Shown: positions 10,934 through 20,340 of the stretch, in pieces
How the letters are laid out: every line of letters starts with the position of its first letter
How positions within the stretch are numbered: position 1 is the first letter of the stretch
Assembly: GCA_963515555.1 (NCBI GenBank)
Contig: CAUPXB010000005.1
Span: forward strand, 29,032 to 93,031
Length of the DNA stretch: 64,000 bases
Origin: an uncultured Campylobacter sp.
GTDB lineage: Bacteria > Campylobacterota > Campylobacteria > Campylobacterales > Campylobacteraceae
Reading direction: 5' to 3'
Program-made: the position numbers and the translations under genes
Notes under the pieces: model-generated
Seen by the model: only the letters and a program-made list of their open reading frames with translations
The model's database searches: none
Told to the model about the DNA's origin: nothing

Positions 10934-11632
10934 TTACTTATCCTCAAGCACCTTTTCGCGCCACTTCGAGCTTGATTTTTTATCCATCGCCATATCTTTA
11001 GATATCTCGGCCGCAGCCTCAAAGTTTTTCTGCACGCCCTCGCTGCTGTTTTTGTATTTCACTGCGTTCGTACCCTTTATGCCTAGGCTCTGCGCCTCGC
11101 TAATCGCGTCGATATTCGCTCCCAAAAATATAAACTCCCAGTCGTATTTTTCCTGCTTATCGCTTATCATTTTTTTGATCTGCGCCTTTGAGTACTCTTT
11201 GCTCGAGTTCTCCTGCCCGTCGGTGATGATGACGAAAAGCACGGCTCTGTTTTTAGCGTAGATGTCCTCAACTTTTGAGATTTTGTTTATCGTATCGCCG
11301 ACCGCGTCTAGTAGCGCAGTATTGCCGCCTGCGACATAGTCCTTACTCGTTAGCTTCTCGACCTTTTTGATATCGGCTCTATCGTGCAGCGTCTTAAAAT
11401 TCGTATCAAAAAGCACCGTCGTTACCTTGGCATCCATGCCCGCTTCTTTTTGCTTGTCGATCATCGAGTTAAAGCCGCCGATAGTATCGCTTTCAAGCCC
11501 GCTCATCGAGCCTGATTTATCTAAGATAAGCACCATCTCAAGCTGCTTTGGTTCTGATTTTTGCGGCGCTTCTTCGCTTTTAGCAAATGCAAACGCCCCG
11601 ATAATCATCAACAAAAATGCGATTTTTTTCAT
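10934..11632 (-). CDS. Secreted von Willebrand factor A domain protein
   Basis: Signal peptide (MKKIAFLL...AFA); MIDAS motif DKSGSM, T in GNTALLDA and D in ITDGQEN. Confidence 0.85.
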   Translation of the reverse strand: MKKIAFLLMIIGAFAFAKSEEAPQKSEPKQLEMVLILDKSGSMSGLESDTIGGFNSMIDKQKEAGMDAKVTTVLFDTNFKTLHDRADIKKVEKLTSKDYVAGGNTALLDAVGDTINKISKVEDIYAKNRAVLFVIITDGQENSSKEYSKAQIKKMISDKQEKYDWEFIFLGANIDAISEAQSLGIKGTNAVKYKNSSEGVQKNFEAAAEISKDMAMDKKSSSKWREKVLEDK

Positions 11633-11658
11633 ATTTTCTCCTTTGAAAATTTGGTTTA

Positions 11659-11667
11659 ATTATAGCA
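11659..11667 (-). promoter_or_regulatory. Extended -10 promoter of the vWA gene
   Basis: TGCTATAAT on the minus strand about 27 bp upstream of the ATG. Confidence 0.65.
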
Positions 11668-11789
11668 AATTTTAATGGCGCGGCGGTAAATGCGAGGAAG
11701 GTTAAATTTGAGTTTTGTATTTTTATTTGCCCCAAAACACGGTCAAATTTACTTCAAAATTTGCGGCCGAATTTAAAGGCTAAATTTAG

Positions 11790-11821
11790 AAATTTAAGGC
11801 CCGAATCCGAGCCTTAAATTT
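11790..11821 (-). terminator. Inverted repeat downstream of leuA
   Basis: AAATTTAAGGC-N10-GCCTTAAATTT, a perfect 11-bp stem. Confidence 0.55.
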
Positions 11822-11851
11822 GCTAAGCGGCGCGGTCAAACCGATCAAATT

Positions 11852-13369
11852 TTACTTTGTAGCGGTGATTTTTACGTAGCTGTTTAGCGCGCCCACATAC
11901 GCTCTAGCGCTCGCCGTCATCGTATCGATATCAAGTCCGTGACCTATGATGGTTTTGCCGTCAAATTCGACCTTCACGACGACGTTTGCCAGCGCGTCCT
12001 TGCCCTGCGAAACTGCGCTAACCTTGTAATCCTTAAGCACGCCGTGGATACCACTTAGGCGGTCGATGACCTTAAATATTGCGTCCACCGTACCGTTGCC
12101 TAGCGCCGCATCGCTCTTGATCTCGTCGGCGTGACGAAGCGTGATCGCCGCGCTGCTTAGGCCTTTGTTGCAGCTGCTTTGCGTAAGCGTCAAGAACTCG
12201 AAAACCTCAGGGATCTTGATGATCTCGCTCGTAACCAGCGCGCGTAAATCGTCGTCAAATATCTCTTTTTTCTTATCCGCTAGCGCCTTAAATTTCTCAA
12301 ACGCCTCATTTAGCGCGCTATCTTCAAGCTCAAAGCCAAGGCTGATTAGCTTATCTTTAAAGGCGTGGCGACCCGAGTGTTTGCCGAGCACCAGCGAGTT
12401 TTTATCCAGTCCGATACTCTCGGCGCTGATGATCTCGTAGGTCTCTTTGTGCTTTAACACGCCGTCTTGATGGATGCCGCTTTCGTGAGCGAAGGCGTTT
12501 TTGCCGACGATAGCTTTGTTTGGCTGAGGCTCGATGCCGATGATGCCGGATAGTAGGCGCGAGCTGGGATAAATTTCTTTATATACTATGTCCGTGTAAA
12601 GCGGCGCGAATACGTCGCTACGCGTCTTTATCGCCATCACGATCTCTTCAAGCGCGGCATTTCCCGCACGCTCGCCGATACCGTTTAACGTACACTCGAC
12701 CTGCCTAGCGCCCGCTTTTATCGCGGCTAGCGAGTTTGCCGTAGCTAGGCCTAAGTCGTTATGATTATGCACGGAGACGACTGCGCGACCGTTTATAAAT
12801 TTAACCATTTCTCCTATACGAGCGGTAATCTCCTCGGGATATAGATACCCCACGGTGTCTGGGATGTTGATCGTCTTTGCTCCGGCGTTTATAGCGGCGT
12901 CGCAAATTTCTTTTAAAAAGCTCATCTCGCTCCTGCACGCGTCCTCGCAGCTAAACTCGACGTCCTCGCAGAAGGTTTTAGCATATTCCACGGCTCGCAC
13001 GGCGCGTCTAATCACTTCATCTGGAGACATTTTTAGCTTAAACTCCATATGGATCGGGCTCGTAGCGATAAAGGTGTGGATGCGCCTATTTTTTGCCGGA
13101 GCTATAGCTTCGCCCGCAGCCTTTATATCGCCGTCCACGGCACGGGCGAGCGAACAGATAGAAGCGTTTGAGGCTTGCTTGGCGATCTGATGTATCGCGT
13201 CGAAATCGCCCCTACTAGCCGCCGCAAAGCCGACCTCCATGACGTCTACGTTTAGGCGCTCTAGCTGGCGCGCGATACGGATTTTCTCCTCGGTATTCAT
13301 TGATGCGCCGGGGCTTTGCTCGCCGTCTCGTAAAGTCGTATCAAATATTATTATTTTATCATTGTTCAT
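11852..13369 (-). CDS. leuA: 2-isopropylmalate synthase
   Basis: [25 protein letters not shown] and HESGIHQDG motifs plus the C-terminal regulatory domain. Confidence 0.97.
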   Translation of the reverse strand: MNNDKIIIFDTTLRDGEQSPGASMNTEEKIRIARQLERLNVDVMEVGFAAASRGDFDAIHQIAKQASNASICSLARAVDGDIKAAGEAIAPAKNRRIHTFIATSPIHMEFKLKMSPDEVIRRAVRAVEYAKTFCEDVEFSCEDACRSEMSFLKEICDAAINAGAKTINIPDTVGYLYPEEITARIGEMVKFINGRAVVSVHNHNDLGLATANSLAAIKAGARQVECTLNGIGERAGNAALEEIVMAIKTRSDVFAPLYTDIVYKEIYPSSRLLSGIIGIEPQPNKAIVGKNAFAHESGIHQDGVLKHKETYEIISAESIGLDKNSLVLGKHSGRHAFKDKLISLGFELEDSALNEAFEKFKALADKKKEIFDDDLRALVTSEIIKIPEVFEFLTLTQSSCNKGLSSAAITLRHADEIKSDAALGNGTVDAIFKVIDRLSGIHGVLKDYKVSAVSQGKDALANVVVKVEFDGKTIIGHGLDIDTMTASARAYVGALNSYVKITATK

Positions 13370-13439
13370 TTTTTATCCTTTTTGGGGTTTTTGTTTGTAT
13401 GGTTAAATTTTTATTATTAGGGTGTGAAAGAGTCGCTGC

Positions 13440-13496
13440 TTAGCGCAGCAGCAGAAGTAGAGAGAAAAATGCGTTAAATTTGACGTTGCCGTTCAT
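13440..13496 (-). CDS. Putative leuA leader peptide MNGNVKFNAFFSLLLLLR (18 aa)
   Basis: The ATG overlaps the pssA TGA and has an AAGGAG SD 5 nt upstream. Five consecutive Leu codons (CTA CTT CTG CTG CTG) precede CGC TAA, 70 nt upstream of leuA. Confidence 0.8.
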   Translation of the reverse strand: MNGNVKFNAFFSLLLLLR

Positions 13497-14272
13497 TCGC
13501 TCTCCTTTTGGTTTTTTTTGTTTTTACATCTCATAAAAACATAGCGGATTATACCGTAAGAAACATAAACGCTCATTAAAGCCGTAACCGCCTCGATCGG
13601 GTAGATATAAATAACCGAAAACGCGACCGTAAGGCCGACTAATATGCGTAAAAAATGGGCTTTTTTTAGATCGATTTTTTTAAAGCTAGGGTAGCGGATG
13701 TTGCTTACCATCAAAACGGAAAGCAAAATTTGCAAAAACAGCAAAAACCACTCGGCACTTCTAGTAAAATCATACTCCAAGCTCAGCCCAACCCAAAATG
13801 CAGACACAATGGCCGCCGTTGGTATCGGAAGGCCGATAAAAACAGACGGCTCGTAGGTGCCGGTCATTACGTTAAACCGAGCAAGTCTAATAGCACCAAA
13901 AACTACAAACAGTGCAGCGACTAGCGAACCCAAACGCCCAAAGCTGTGTCCGACCGTAAAGTAAAAAAGCATCGCGGGCGCGACGCCGAAAGCTATAATA
14001 TCGGCAAGACTGTCAAACTCCACGCCGAATTTTGACGTAGTTTTAGTTAGCCTCGCTACTCGCCCATCAAGTCCATCCAAAAATAGCGATAAAACTATGT
14101 AAACAATAGCCTTAAAAAAGTAGCCGTTAGCCTCCTCGACTAGTCCTGCGCTGGCCGCGATATAGCCGCGGACGGAAGCGATAATACTAATAATACCCAA
14201 AAACGCTGAAGCCGCCGTGAATAAATTCGGCAAAATATACATTAACTGAAGTTTATGCTGATTGTCTTGCAT
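13493..14272 (-). CDS. pssA: CDP-diacylglycerol--serine O-phosphatidyltransferase
   Basis: CDP-alcohol motif DGLDGRVAR...GVEFDSLAD; RLARFN; FIGLP. Confidence 0.95.
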   Translation of the reverse strand: MQDNQHKLQLMYILPNLFTAASAFLGIISIIASVRGYIAASAGLVEEANGYFFKAIVYIVLSLFLDGLDGRVARLTKTTSKFGVEFDSLADIIAFGVAPAMLFYFTVGHSFGRLGSLVAALFVVFGAIRLARFNVMTGTYEPSVFIGLPIPTAAIVSAFWVGLSLEYDFTRSAEWFLLFLQILLSVLMVSNIRYPSFKKIDLKKAHFLRILVGLTVAFSVIYIYPIEAVTALMSVYVSYGIIRYVFMRCKNKKNQKESE

Positions 14273-14897
14273 CTTTTTCCTCGTAGCTAAAAAACCCTAA
14301 AATGCCCGCGCTCGCGACCTTTTCGCCTACGCTGACGCTTATTCTCGTATTTGCGGGTAGTATCAAAATCGCCTCACCACTACTTAAAAAGCCAAATCTC
14401 CTGCCCGCTTTTAGTCGGCTAAAATTTTCAAAAGAAATACCCTTGCTAAGGGGTCCCACGACGACGCGGATCGCAAATTTATTATCCGAGTTTTTACAGA
14501 CAAACAAGGCACGCTCGTTTAAATTTTTAGAAGCTTCCATAGCGTTGCACAAAAACAGTCCGTGCCTTTGTTTGGCCTCTAAAAGCTCCATATCGCAAGG
14601 AGCTCTGAGTGCGCCCGCGTCAAATACGCCCTTGCGGATAGTTATGGCTACGCACTGCGTATCAAAATAGTAAATTTTATCTATGCTTTTTATCTTACCG
14701 TCGATCGGACTAAGTACGGCGTACGCATCATCGCTACCTAGTGCTCGCTCCGGGTTTCTAAACCAAAATACGCAAAGCGCAAAAAGCACGAAAAATAAAA
14801 TTTGACATACGCCCAAAACCAGCGCAAGCAAAAGCAAAAGCCCTAAAACGAAAACGTATTTGTAGCCCTGTTTTGCGATTAGCCCGATGTTTTGCAT
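14253..14897 (-). CDS. Phosphatidylserine decarboxylase-related protein (lacks the canonical GS cleavage site)
   Basis: WFRNPER, SPIDG and RAP motifs of short Psd proteins. The C-terminus reads GRRFGFLSSGE rather than ...FGS. Confidence 0.75.
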   Translation of the reverse strand: MQNIGLIAKQGYKYVFVLGLLLLLALVLGVCQILFFVLFALCVFWFRNPERALGSDDAYAVLSPIDGKIKSIDKIYYFDTQCVAITIRKGVFDAGALRAPCDMELLEAKQRHGLFLCNAMEASKNLNERALFVCKNSDNKFAIRVVVGPLSKGISFENFSRLKAGRRFGFLSSGEAILILPANTRISVSVGEKVASAGILGFFSYEEKDARQSA

Positions 14898-14901
14898 ATC
14901 T

Positions 14902-16830
14902 TTACGCTTGTTCCTCTTTGTTTTCTTCTAAATTTACGAGCCTACTAGGCATCCCGTGCTCTTTTTCGTAGTTTGCGATAATCTCTCTAACCTTCGCGCC
15001 CTCGATAGTTTCCTCTTCGTAAAGCGCCTCAACCATCTTTTCTATCGCATCGCCGTAAGTTCTTAGCGTCTCAAGCACGTGTTTATAGCGCTCATCAAGC
15101 GTTGTTTTGATAAATTCATCCACTTTTTCCGCCGTCTTGTCGCTATAGTCTCTATCGGCCTGACCGCCGGCCAGGAAAGTACTGCGGCGCTTTTCAAGCA
15201 CCATAAGTCCAGCGATATCACTCATGCCGTATATCGAGATCATCGAGCGAAGTATGTCGGTCGCGCGCTCTAGGTCGTTGCCCGCACCGGTTGAAATCTC
15301 TTTTATAAAGACCTCTTCCGCCGCGCGTCCGGCTAGAAGCACGTCCACTTCGGCCATAAGCTCGTGACGCTGCATCATAAATTTATTCTCTTCAGGCGTA
15401 TGGAGCGTGTATCCCAGTGCCGCAAGCCCGCGCGGTATGATCGATACTTTGGTGACTCTGTTTGCGCCTTTGGTGGTCTCTGCTATGAGTGCGTGTCCGC
15501 TCTCGTGATAGGCCACGATGCGTTTTTCTTTCGGATTTATGCGGCGAGATTTTTTCTCAAGACCAGCGATCGCTCTCTCAACGGCCTCGAGCAAATCAGC
15601 CTGCTCGACTTTGCCTTTTTCTTTTCTGCCCGCTAGTAGCGCGGCTTCGTTTATGATGTTTGCTAGATCCGCTCCCGCAAGGCCCGCCGTCATGCGCGCG
15701 ATATCCTCGATACTAACGCTATGATCAAGCTTAATATCTTTTATGTGCACACGTAAAATTTCGATCCTGCCTTTAAAATCAGGCTTATCGACAAGCACCT
15801 GCCTGTCGAATCTACCCGGCCTTAAAAGCGCTGCGTCAAGCACCTCCGGACGGTTCGTCGCGGCAAGCACGATAACGGGCGACGCATCCGAGCTAAAGCC
15901 GTCCATCTCGGCCAAAAGTTGGTTTAGCGTTTGCTCGCGCTCGTCGTTTCCGCCGATCATTCCGCTAGCTGCACGGCTTTTGCCGATGGCGTCGATCTCA
16001 TCTATAAAGACGATCGCCGGGGCTTCTTTTTTCGCATTTTCAAAAAGATCTCTCACGCGACTAGCGCCCACACCGACGAACATCTCGATAAAGCTTGATC
16101 CCGAAACCGAGAAAAACGGCACGTCCGCTTCGCCCGCGACGGCCTTTGCAAGTAGGGTTTTACCCGTACCCGGAGGTCCAACTAAAAGCACGCCTTTTGG
16201 GATTTTGGCGCCCAAATTTATATATCTATCCGGATGCTTTAGAAAATCCACAATCTCTTTAACTTCTTCTTTTGCTTCCTGTACGCCCGCTACGTCGGCA
16301 AATTTAACCTTCGGCTTTTCCGAATTTACTAGCTTTTTAGAGCTTCCCATTCCAAGGATACCGCCGCCCATGTTTCGCTGCATGCGGCTAGCTAAAAACA
16401 TCCAAATTCCAAAGAAAATAAAAATAGGGAGTACCCACGAAAAGAGCATTTCTGTAAACCAGTTCGTCTCGCTATACGCTCCATAAGGAATCTTTTGCTC
16501 TTCCAAGATCGGCACTAGCGTCGGGTCGTTTACTCTTTTAGCAAAGTACGTTCTGCCGCCGTTATCCACGGCTTTTATCGAGGTTTCGGAGATGCCCACC
16601 TGCGCTACTTGCTTGTTTTTTATCATCTCTTTTATCTCAGAGTACGAGGTGCTTTTCGAGCCGGCTGCGCTCTGCCCTAGCAGCGTGCCGTCCATATCGC
16701 CGCCTCCGAGCCCGCGAAATGCCACCACTATCACGATAGCAAAAATGGCGAAAATCAAAATCGGATTTTTATTAAAAAAATTATTTCCGCCGTTATTTAA
16801 ATTTTTATCATCGTTTTTTCTGTTGTCCAT
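14902..16830 (-). CDS. ftsH: ATP-dependent zinc metalloprotease FtsH
   Basis: Two TM helices, [12 protein letters not shown], the SRH motif and the HESGH zinc motif. Confidence 0.97.
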   Translation of the reverse strand: MDNRKNDDKNLNNGGNNFFNKNPILIFAIFAIVIVVAFRGLGGGDMDGTLLGQSAAGSKSTSYSEIKEMIKNKQVAQVGISETSIKAVDNGGRTYFAKRVNDPTLVPILEEQKIPYGAYSETNWFTEMLFSWVLPIFIFFGIWMFLASRMQRNMGGGILGMGSSKKLVNSEKPKVKFADVAGVQEAKEEVKEIVDFLKHPDRYINLGAKIPKGVLLVGPPGTGKTLLAKAVAGEADVPFFSVSGSSFIEMFVGVGASRVRDLFENAKKEAPAIVFIDEIDAIGKSRAASGMIGGNDEREQTLNQLLAEMDGFSSDASPVIVLAATNRPEVLDAALLRPGRFDRQVLVDKPDFKGRIEILRVHIKDIKLDHSVSIEDIARMTAGLAGADLANIINEAALLAGRKEKGKVEQADLLEAVERAIAGLEKKSRRINPKEKRIVAYHESGHALIAETTKGANRVTKVSIIPRGLAALGYTLHTPEENKFMMQRHELMAEVDVLLAGRAAEEVFIKEISTGAGNDLERATDILRSMISIYGMSDIAGLMVLEKRRSTFLAGGQADRDYSDKTAEKVDEFIKTTLDERYKHVLETLRTYGDAIEKMVEALYEEETIEGAKVREIIANYEKEHGMPSRLVNLEENKEEQA

Positions 16831-16848
16831 TATGTTCCTTAAATTATT

Positions 16849-17679
16849 TTACGCTTTTTGAAATACGAAGCTTTTCCACTCGTTTTTGGTTTGGTTTTCT
16901 ACCAGCTTAAGCGACGAAAAAGCCTCTAAAATTCGCGTTTCGTATTTATCCAAAACGCCTGCTAAAACGAGATACGAGCCCTCTTTTAGCAAATTTGTTA
17001 AATCATTTTTTAGCATTAGTATCACATCGGCGATGATGTTTGCGACGACGACATCGTATTTTTTATCCAAATTCGCTACAGAACCGGTCCAAATTTGATT
17101 AAATTTAACCCCGTTTAGCTCGGCGTTTTTCTGCGAGCTTTGCACGGCCTGCTCGTCGGTATCGCAGGCATCCGTGACGCAGCCTAGTTTTGCTAGAGCG
17201 ATGCTTAGTATCCCGCTTCCGCAGCCTACGTCAAGCGCACTCATACCGTTTGCGGCATATTTTTGCAGATACTCTATGCAAGCGCTCGTGCTCTCGTGGT
17301 GACCCGAGCCAAAGGCAAGCGCGGGATCGATGATGATGTTTTCAAACCCGTCTTTAGACTCTTCCCAACTTGGGTGGATGTAAAATTTACCGATTTCTAT
17401 CGGTCTTACGTTTTTTTTGTATTCGTTTAGCCAGTCTTTATTTTCTTTTTGGCTTTTTATTATCTTAAATTCGATCTCGCGGCCGAGCGCATTTTGCAGA
17501 GATTTTGCGTATTCTTGCAGGCCAAATTCCACTTCGTCTAGCTCGTCTTCATCACGCACGATAAACCCGCCCGCAGTCTCCTGCGTACAAGTGACGCCCA
17601 AAGAAAAAACGAGATCCTCGAAAAGCTCGCGAAGCTCCTGCGAGCAAAGAACTTCAAGCTCGTAAAATTTATCTTTCAA
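16849..17679 (-). CDS. prmA: 50S ribosomal protein L11 methyltransferase
   Basis: IDPALAFGSGHHEST, LDVGCGSGIL and ANI motifs. Confidence 0.95.
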   Translation of the reverse strand: MKDKFYELEVLCSQELRELFEDLVFSLGVTCTQETAGGFIVRDEDELDEVEFGLQEYAKSLQNALGREIEFKIIKSQKENKDWLNEYKKNVRPIEIGKFYIHPSWEESKDGFENIIIDPALAFGSGHHESTSACIEYLQKYAANGMSALDVGCGSGILSIALAKLGCVTDACDTDEQAVQSSQKNAELNGVKFNQIWTGSVANLDKKYDVVVANIIADVILMLKNDLTNLLKEGSYLVLAGVLDKYETRILEAFSSLKLVENQTKNEWKSFVFQKA

Positions 17680-17691
17680 ATTTACGCTCTT

Positions 17692-18057
17692 TTAGCCCAA
17701 AACGTCTTCAAGTTTTTCTTTCAAAACTTGCGGCGTAAACGGCTTTACGATGTAGTTATTGACGCCTGCTTTTAGCGCGGTGATGACCTCGGCTTTGCCG
17801 CCCTCGGTCGTTACCATAATGATAGGCATATCGACGTATTTTTGCTCGGCGCGGACCTTTTTTACGAGCTCAAGGCCGTTCATTTCAGGCATGTTCCAGT
17901 CGGTGATAAGCACGTTTATATCGCTGTGCTGGCCCAAAATTTGCCACGCTTCGACTCCGTGCTCGGCTTCTAAAATTTCCTGATGTCCGAGCCTTTGCAG
18001 GGTGTTTTTTATAATTCTTCTCATAGTAGAGCTGTCGTCGACTACTAGTATTTTCAC
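17692..18057 (-). CDS. cheY: Chemotaxis response regulator CheY
   Basis: Single receiver domain: VDD, TDWNMP, KPF. Confidence 0.93.
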   Translation of the reverse strand: MKILVVDDSSTMRRIIKNTLQRLGHQEILEAEHGVEAWQILGQHSDINVLITDWNMPEMNGLELVKKVRAEQKYVDMPIIMVTTEGGKAEVITALKAGVNNYIVKPFTPQVLKEKLEDVLG

Positions 18058-18085
18058 AATCGTATCCTTTTTTAAAAAATGTCCA

Positions 18086-18094
18086 ATTCTAGCA
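18086..18094 (-). promoter_or_regulatory. Extended -10 promoter upstream of cheY
   Basis: TGCTAGAAT on the minus strand about 30 bp upstream of the cheY start. Confidence 0.55.
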
Positions 18095-18123
18095 AATTTT
18101 ATATTTAAATTTACTTTAAAATT

Positions 18124-18834
18124 TTAGCGGCCCAGTTTAAAAGCCTCTTTTAGATCGAGCATCCCCTCGTAGTACGCCTTGCCTACTATCGCGCCGTAAA
18201 CGTCTCCAGCGCGCATTAGCGCCCGAATATCCTCTATATCTTTTACGCCGCCGCTTGCGATCGTATTTATACCGCTTGCTTTTGCGATTTGCGAAGTAAA
18301 CTCAACGTTTACGCCGCCAAGGGTGCCGTCTTTTGAGATGTCGGTGCAGATTACCGCTTCGACTCCGGCTCCGGCAAATTTGCTCGCTAGCTCGGTCGCC
18401 CTCATCTGCGACACCTCCGCCCAGCCCTGCACGGCGACGAAGCCCTCTTTGGCGTCTATGCCGACGGCGACGCGGTATTTTTGCGCCATTTCTTTAGTAA
18501 AATTCGGATCTTTTAGCGCCACCGAGCCCAAGATAACGCGCGTTATGCCGCTATCAAGGTAGCTTTTTATTCGCGCTTCGTCGCGTATCCCGCCGCCGAT
18601 TTGGATTTGTAAATTTGCGGCTTTTGCGATCTTTTCCACGGTTTTTAGATTTACCGCTTCGCCCGCAAACGCTCCGTCAAGATCGACGACGTGAAGCCAC
18701 TTTGCGCCCATATCTTCAAATCTTTTAGCTAGCTCCCACGGCGCGTCCGAGTAGATTTTTGCACTACTCATCTCGCCTTTAAAAAGCCGAACCGCCTTGC
18801 CCTCTTTTAAATCTATCGCAGGGAAAATTTCCAT
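18124..18834 (-). CDS. hisA: ProFAR isomerase
   Basis: [25 protein letters not shown] and ASGG motifs. Confidence 0.95.
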   Translation of the reverse strand: MEIFPAIDLKEGKAVRLFKGEMSSAKIYSDAPWELAKRFEDMGAKWLHVVDLDGAFAGEAVNLKTVEKIAKAANLQIQIGGGIRDEARIKSYLDSGITRVILGSVALKDPNFTKEMAQKYRVAVGIDAKEGFVAVQGWAEVSQMRATELASKFAGAGVEAVICTDISKDGTLGGVNVEFTSQIAKASGINTIASGGVKDIEDIRALMRAGDVYGAIVGKAYYEGMLDLKEAFKLGR

Positions 18835-19445
18835 CACATCTCTCCGAAATTTCGTAAAATTGTTAGCCCCGTTTCATGGCTCTTTTCTGGGTGCGGCTGA
18901 AAACCGAAAATGTTATCTTTGTACACCGCGCTTACAAATTTATAGCCGTATTCGCTAAAGCCAAGCGCCGCATCATCCTCGCAAACTACGTGATAAGAGT
19001 GCACGAAATACAAATACTCGCTAGCCGCTAAATCTTTATTTATCGGCGTTTGCTTAGCAAAATTTATCGTATTCCACCCCGTGTGCGGCACCTTTAGCGG
19101 CGTATCAAATTTAGACGGGTCAAATTTGACCACTCGCCCTTTTACGAGCCCGAGCCCCTCGTTTACGCCAAACTCCTCGCTTTGCTCAAAAAGTAGCTGC
19201 ATACCCAGACAAATGCCTAAAAACGGCTTTCCGCCAACTACGGCTTCTTTTATAGCGGGGATAAAATCTCTATCTTTTAGCTTTTGCATCGCTTCGCCAA
19301 AAGCCCCGACGCCGGGTAAGATTATCTTGTCAAATTTACCCAGCTCCTCGCCGCGAACCGCTAGTCCTGCCTTTAAATTTAAACTCTCAAACGCGTTTAA
19401 CACGCTTCTTAAATTTCCCGCGCCGTAGTCGATAATGCCGATCAA
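18834..19445 (-). CDS. hisH: Imidazole glycerol phosphate synthase glutaminase subunit
   Basis: DYGAGN, PGVGAF, GICLGMQ, YFVHSY and HPEKS motifs. Confidence 0.95.
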   Translation of the reverse strand: MIGIIDYGAGNLRSVLNAFESLNLKAGLAVRGEELGKFDKIILPGVGAFGEAMQKLKDRDFIPAIKEAVVGGKPFLGICLGMQLLFEQSEEFGVNEGLGLVKGRVVKFDPSKFDTPLKVPHTGWNTINFAKQTPINKDLAASEYLYFVHSYHVVCEDDAALGFSEYGYKFVSAVYKDNIFGFQPHPEKSHETGLTILRNFGEM

Positions 19446-20338
19446 TGCGAGCTCCTTTGCTTGGTAGCAAAAAGATAGACGCTAAGCGCGATCATCAATA
19501 TCGCGACGCCGCCTATGAGATAGATCGCATTTATGATGTGATCGGGCGCCGTGATGGCAAATTTAAACACGAGCATCAGCGCCTCGATCGCAAGCGCGAT
19601 GATGATCGATCCGATAAATCTAATCATCGTCTTGTTTTCCATATCCTCGCCGCGCTTGCTTTTACCAAGTACCTCTTCTTCAAATATCGCTTTAACCAGA
19701 TCAAAGATCGCAAGCGCCAGCGTCAGCACGATCGTGTGCTCAAACATCTTTTCGACTTCGATATTTAAAAGATCGTTAGCCAAAAGCCCCTTGAGCGCAT
19801 CGGCGAACAAAAACAGAGCTATGATAAAAAGCGCGACCGAAAACGCGGCGTAAACGACCTTTAGAAATTTGCCGAAGTAGCTCTCTAGCTTGCCGTGAGA
19901 GACTATGGCTAGGATATTTTCTAGCGAAACGTCGATACAAGCGACGAATTTTAGCTCTCCATTATCATCATATATCGGGGTGGACGCCGTCACGCACAGC
20001 TCGCCCGTTAGCGAGGACGGGTACGGGTCGCTTAACACGCAGCGCTTTTCGCGCACCGCGGTGTAATAATAAGACTTATTGCTGCAGTTTTCGCCGCCGC
20101 CGGCTTTATATTTTTCGTTTAGGCTTACGGCGTCGCCTATTTGCACGCCGTTTGCGTCAAGTACGTAAAACGCGTCAAAACCCTCTATCTCGTGCGCCAT
20201 TTTATCAAAGCCGCTTTTTATCGACTCGGCGTTTACCCCTGGTAGCCTGTTTGGTAAATTTTTACTAAAAAGATAGCATATATAGGCTCTAGCCTTGTAT
20301 CTTAACTCCGAAAACCTCTGTATATCTTGTAACGTCAA
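19442..20338 (-). CDS. pglG: Cache/PDC sensor-domain membrane protein PglG
   Basis: N-terminal Cache-like domain (LSDPYPS...CVTASTPIY) plus four C-terminal TM helices; lies downstream of pglF as Cj1119c does. Confidence 0.75.
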   Translation of the reverse strand: MTLQDIQRFSELRYKARAYICYLFSKNLPNRLPGVNAESIKSGFDKMAHEIEGFDAFYVLDANGVQIGDAVSLNEKYKAGGGENCSNKSYYYTAVREKRCVLSDPYPSSLTGELCVTASTPIYDDNGELKFVACIDVSLENILAIVSHGKLESYFGKFLKVVYAAFSVALFIIALFLFADALKGLLANDLLNIEVEKMFEHTIVLTLALAIFDLVKAIFEEEVLGKSKRGEDMENKTMIRFIGSIIIALAIEALMLVFKFAITAPDHIINAIYLIGGVAILMIALSVYLFATKQRSSH

Positions 20339-20340
20339 AT

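Noticed and set aside
15743..16486. 247-aa ORF antisense to ftsH, and similar antisense ORFs such as 34497-35114 and 23563-24024
   Set aside because: These are shadow ORFs opposite conserved genes, with Ser/Pro/Thr-rich composition and no motifs.
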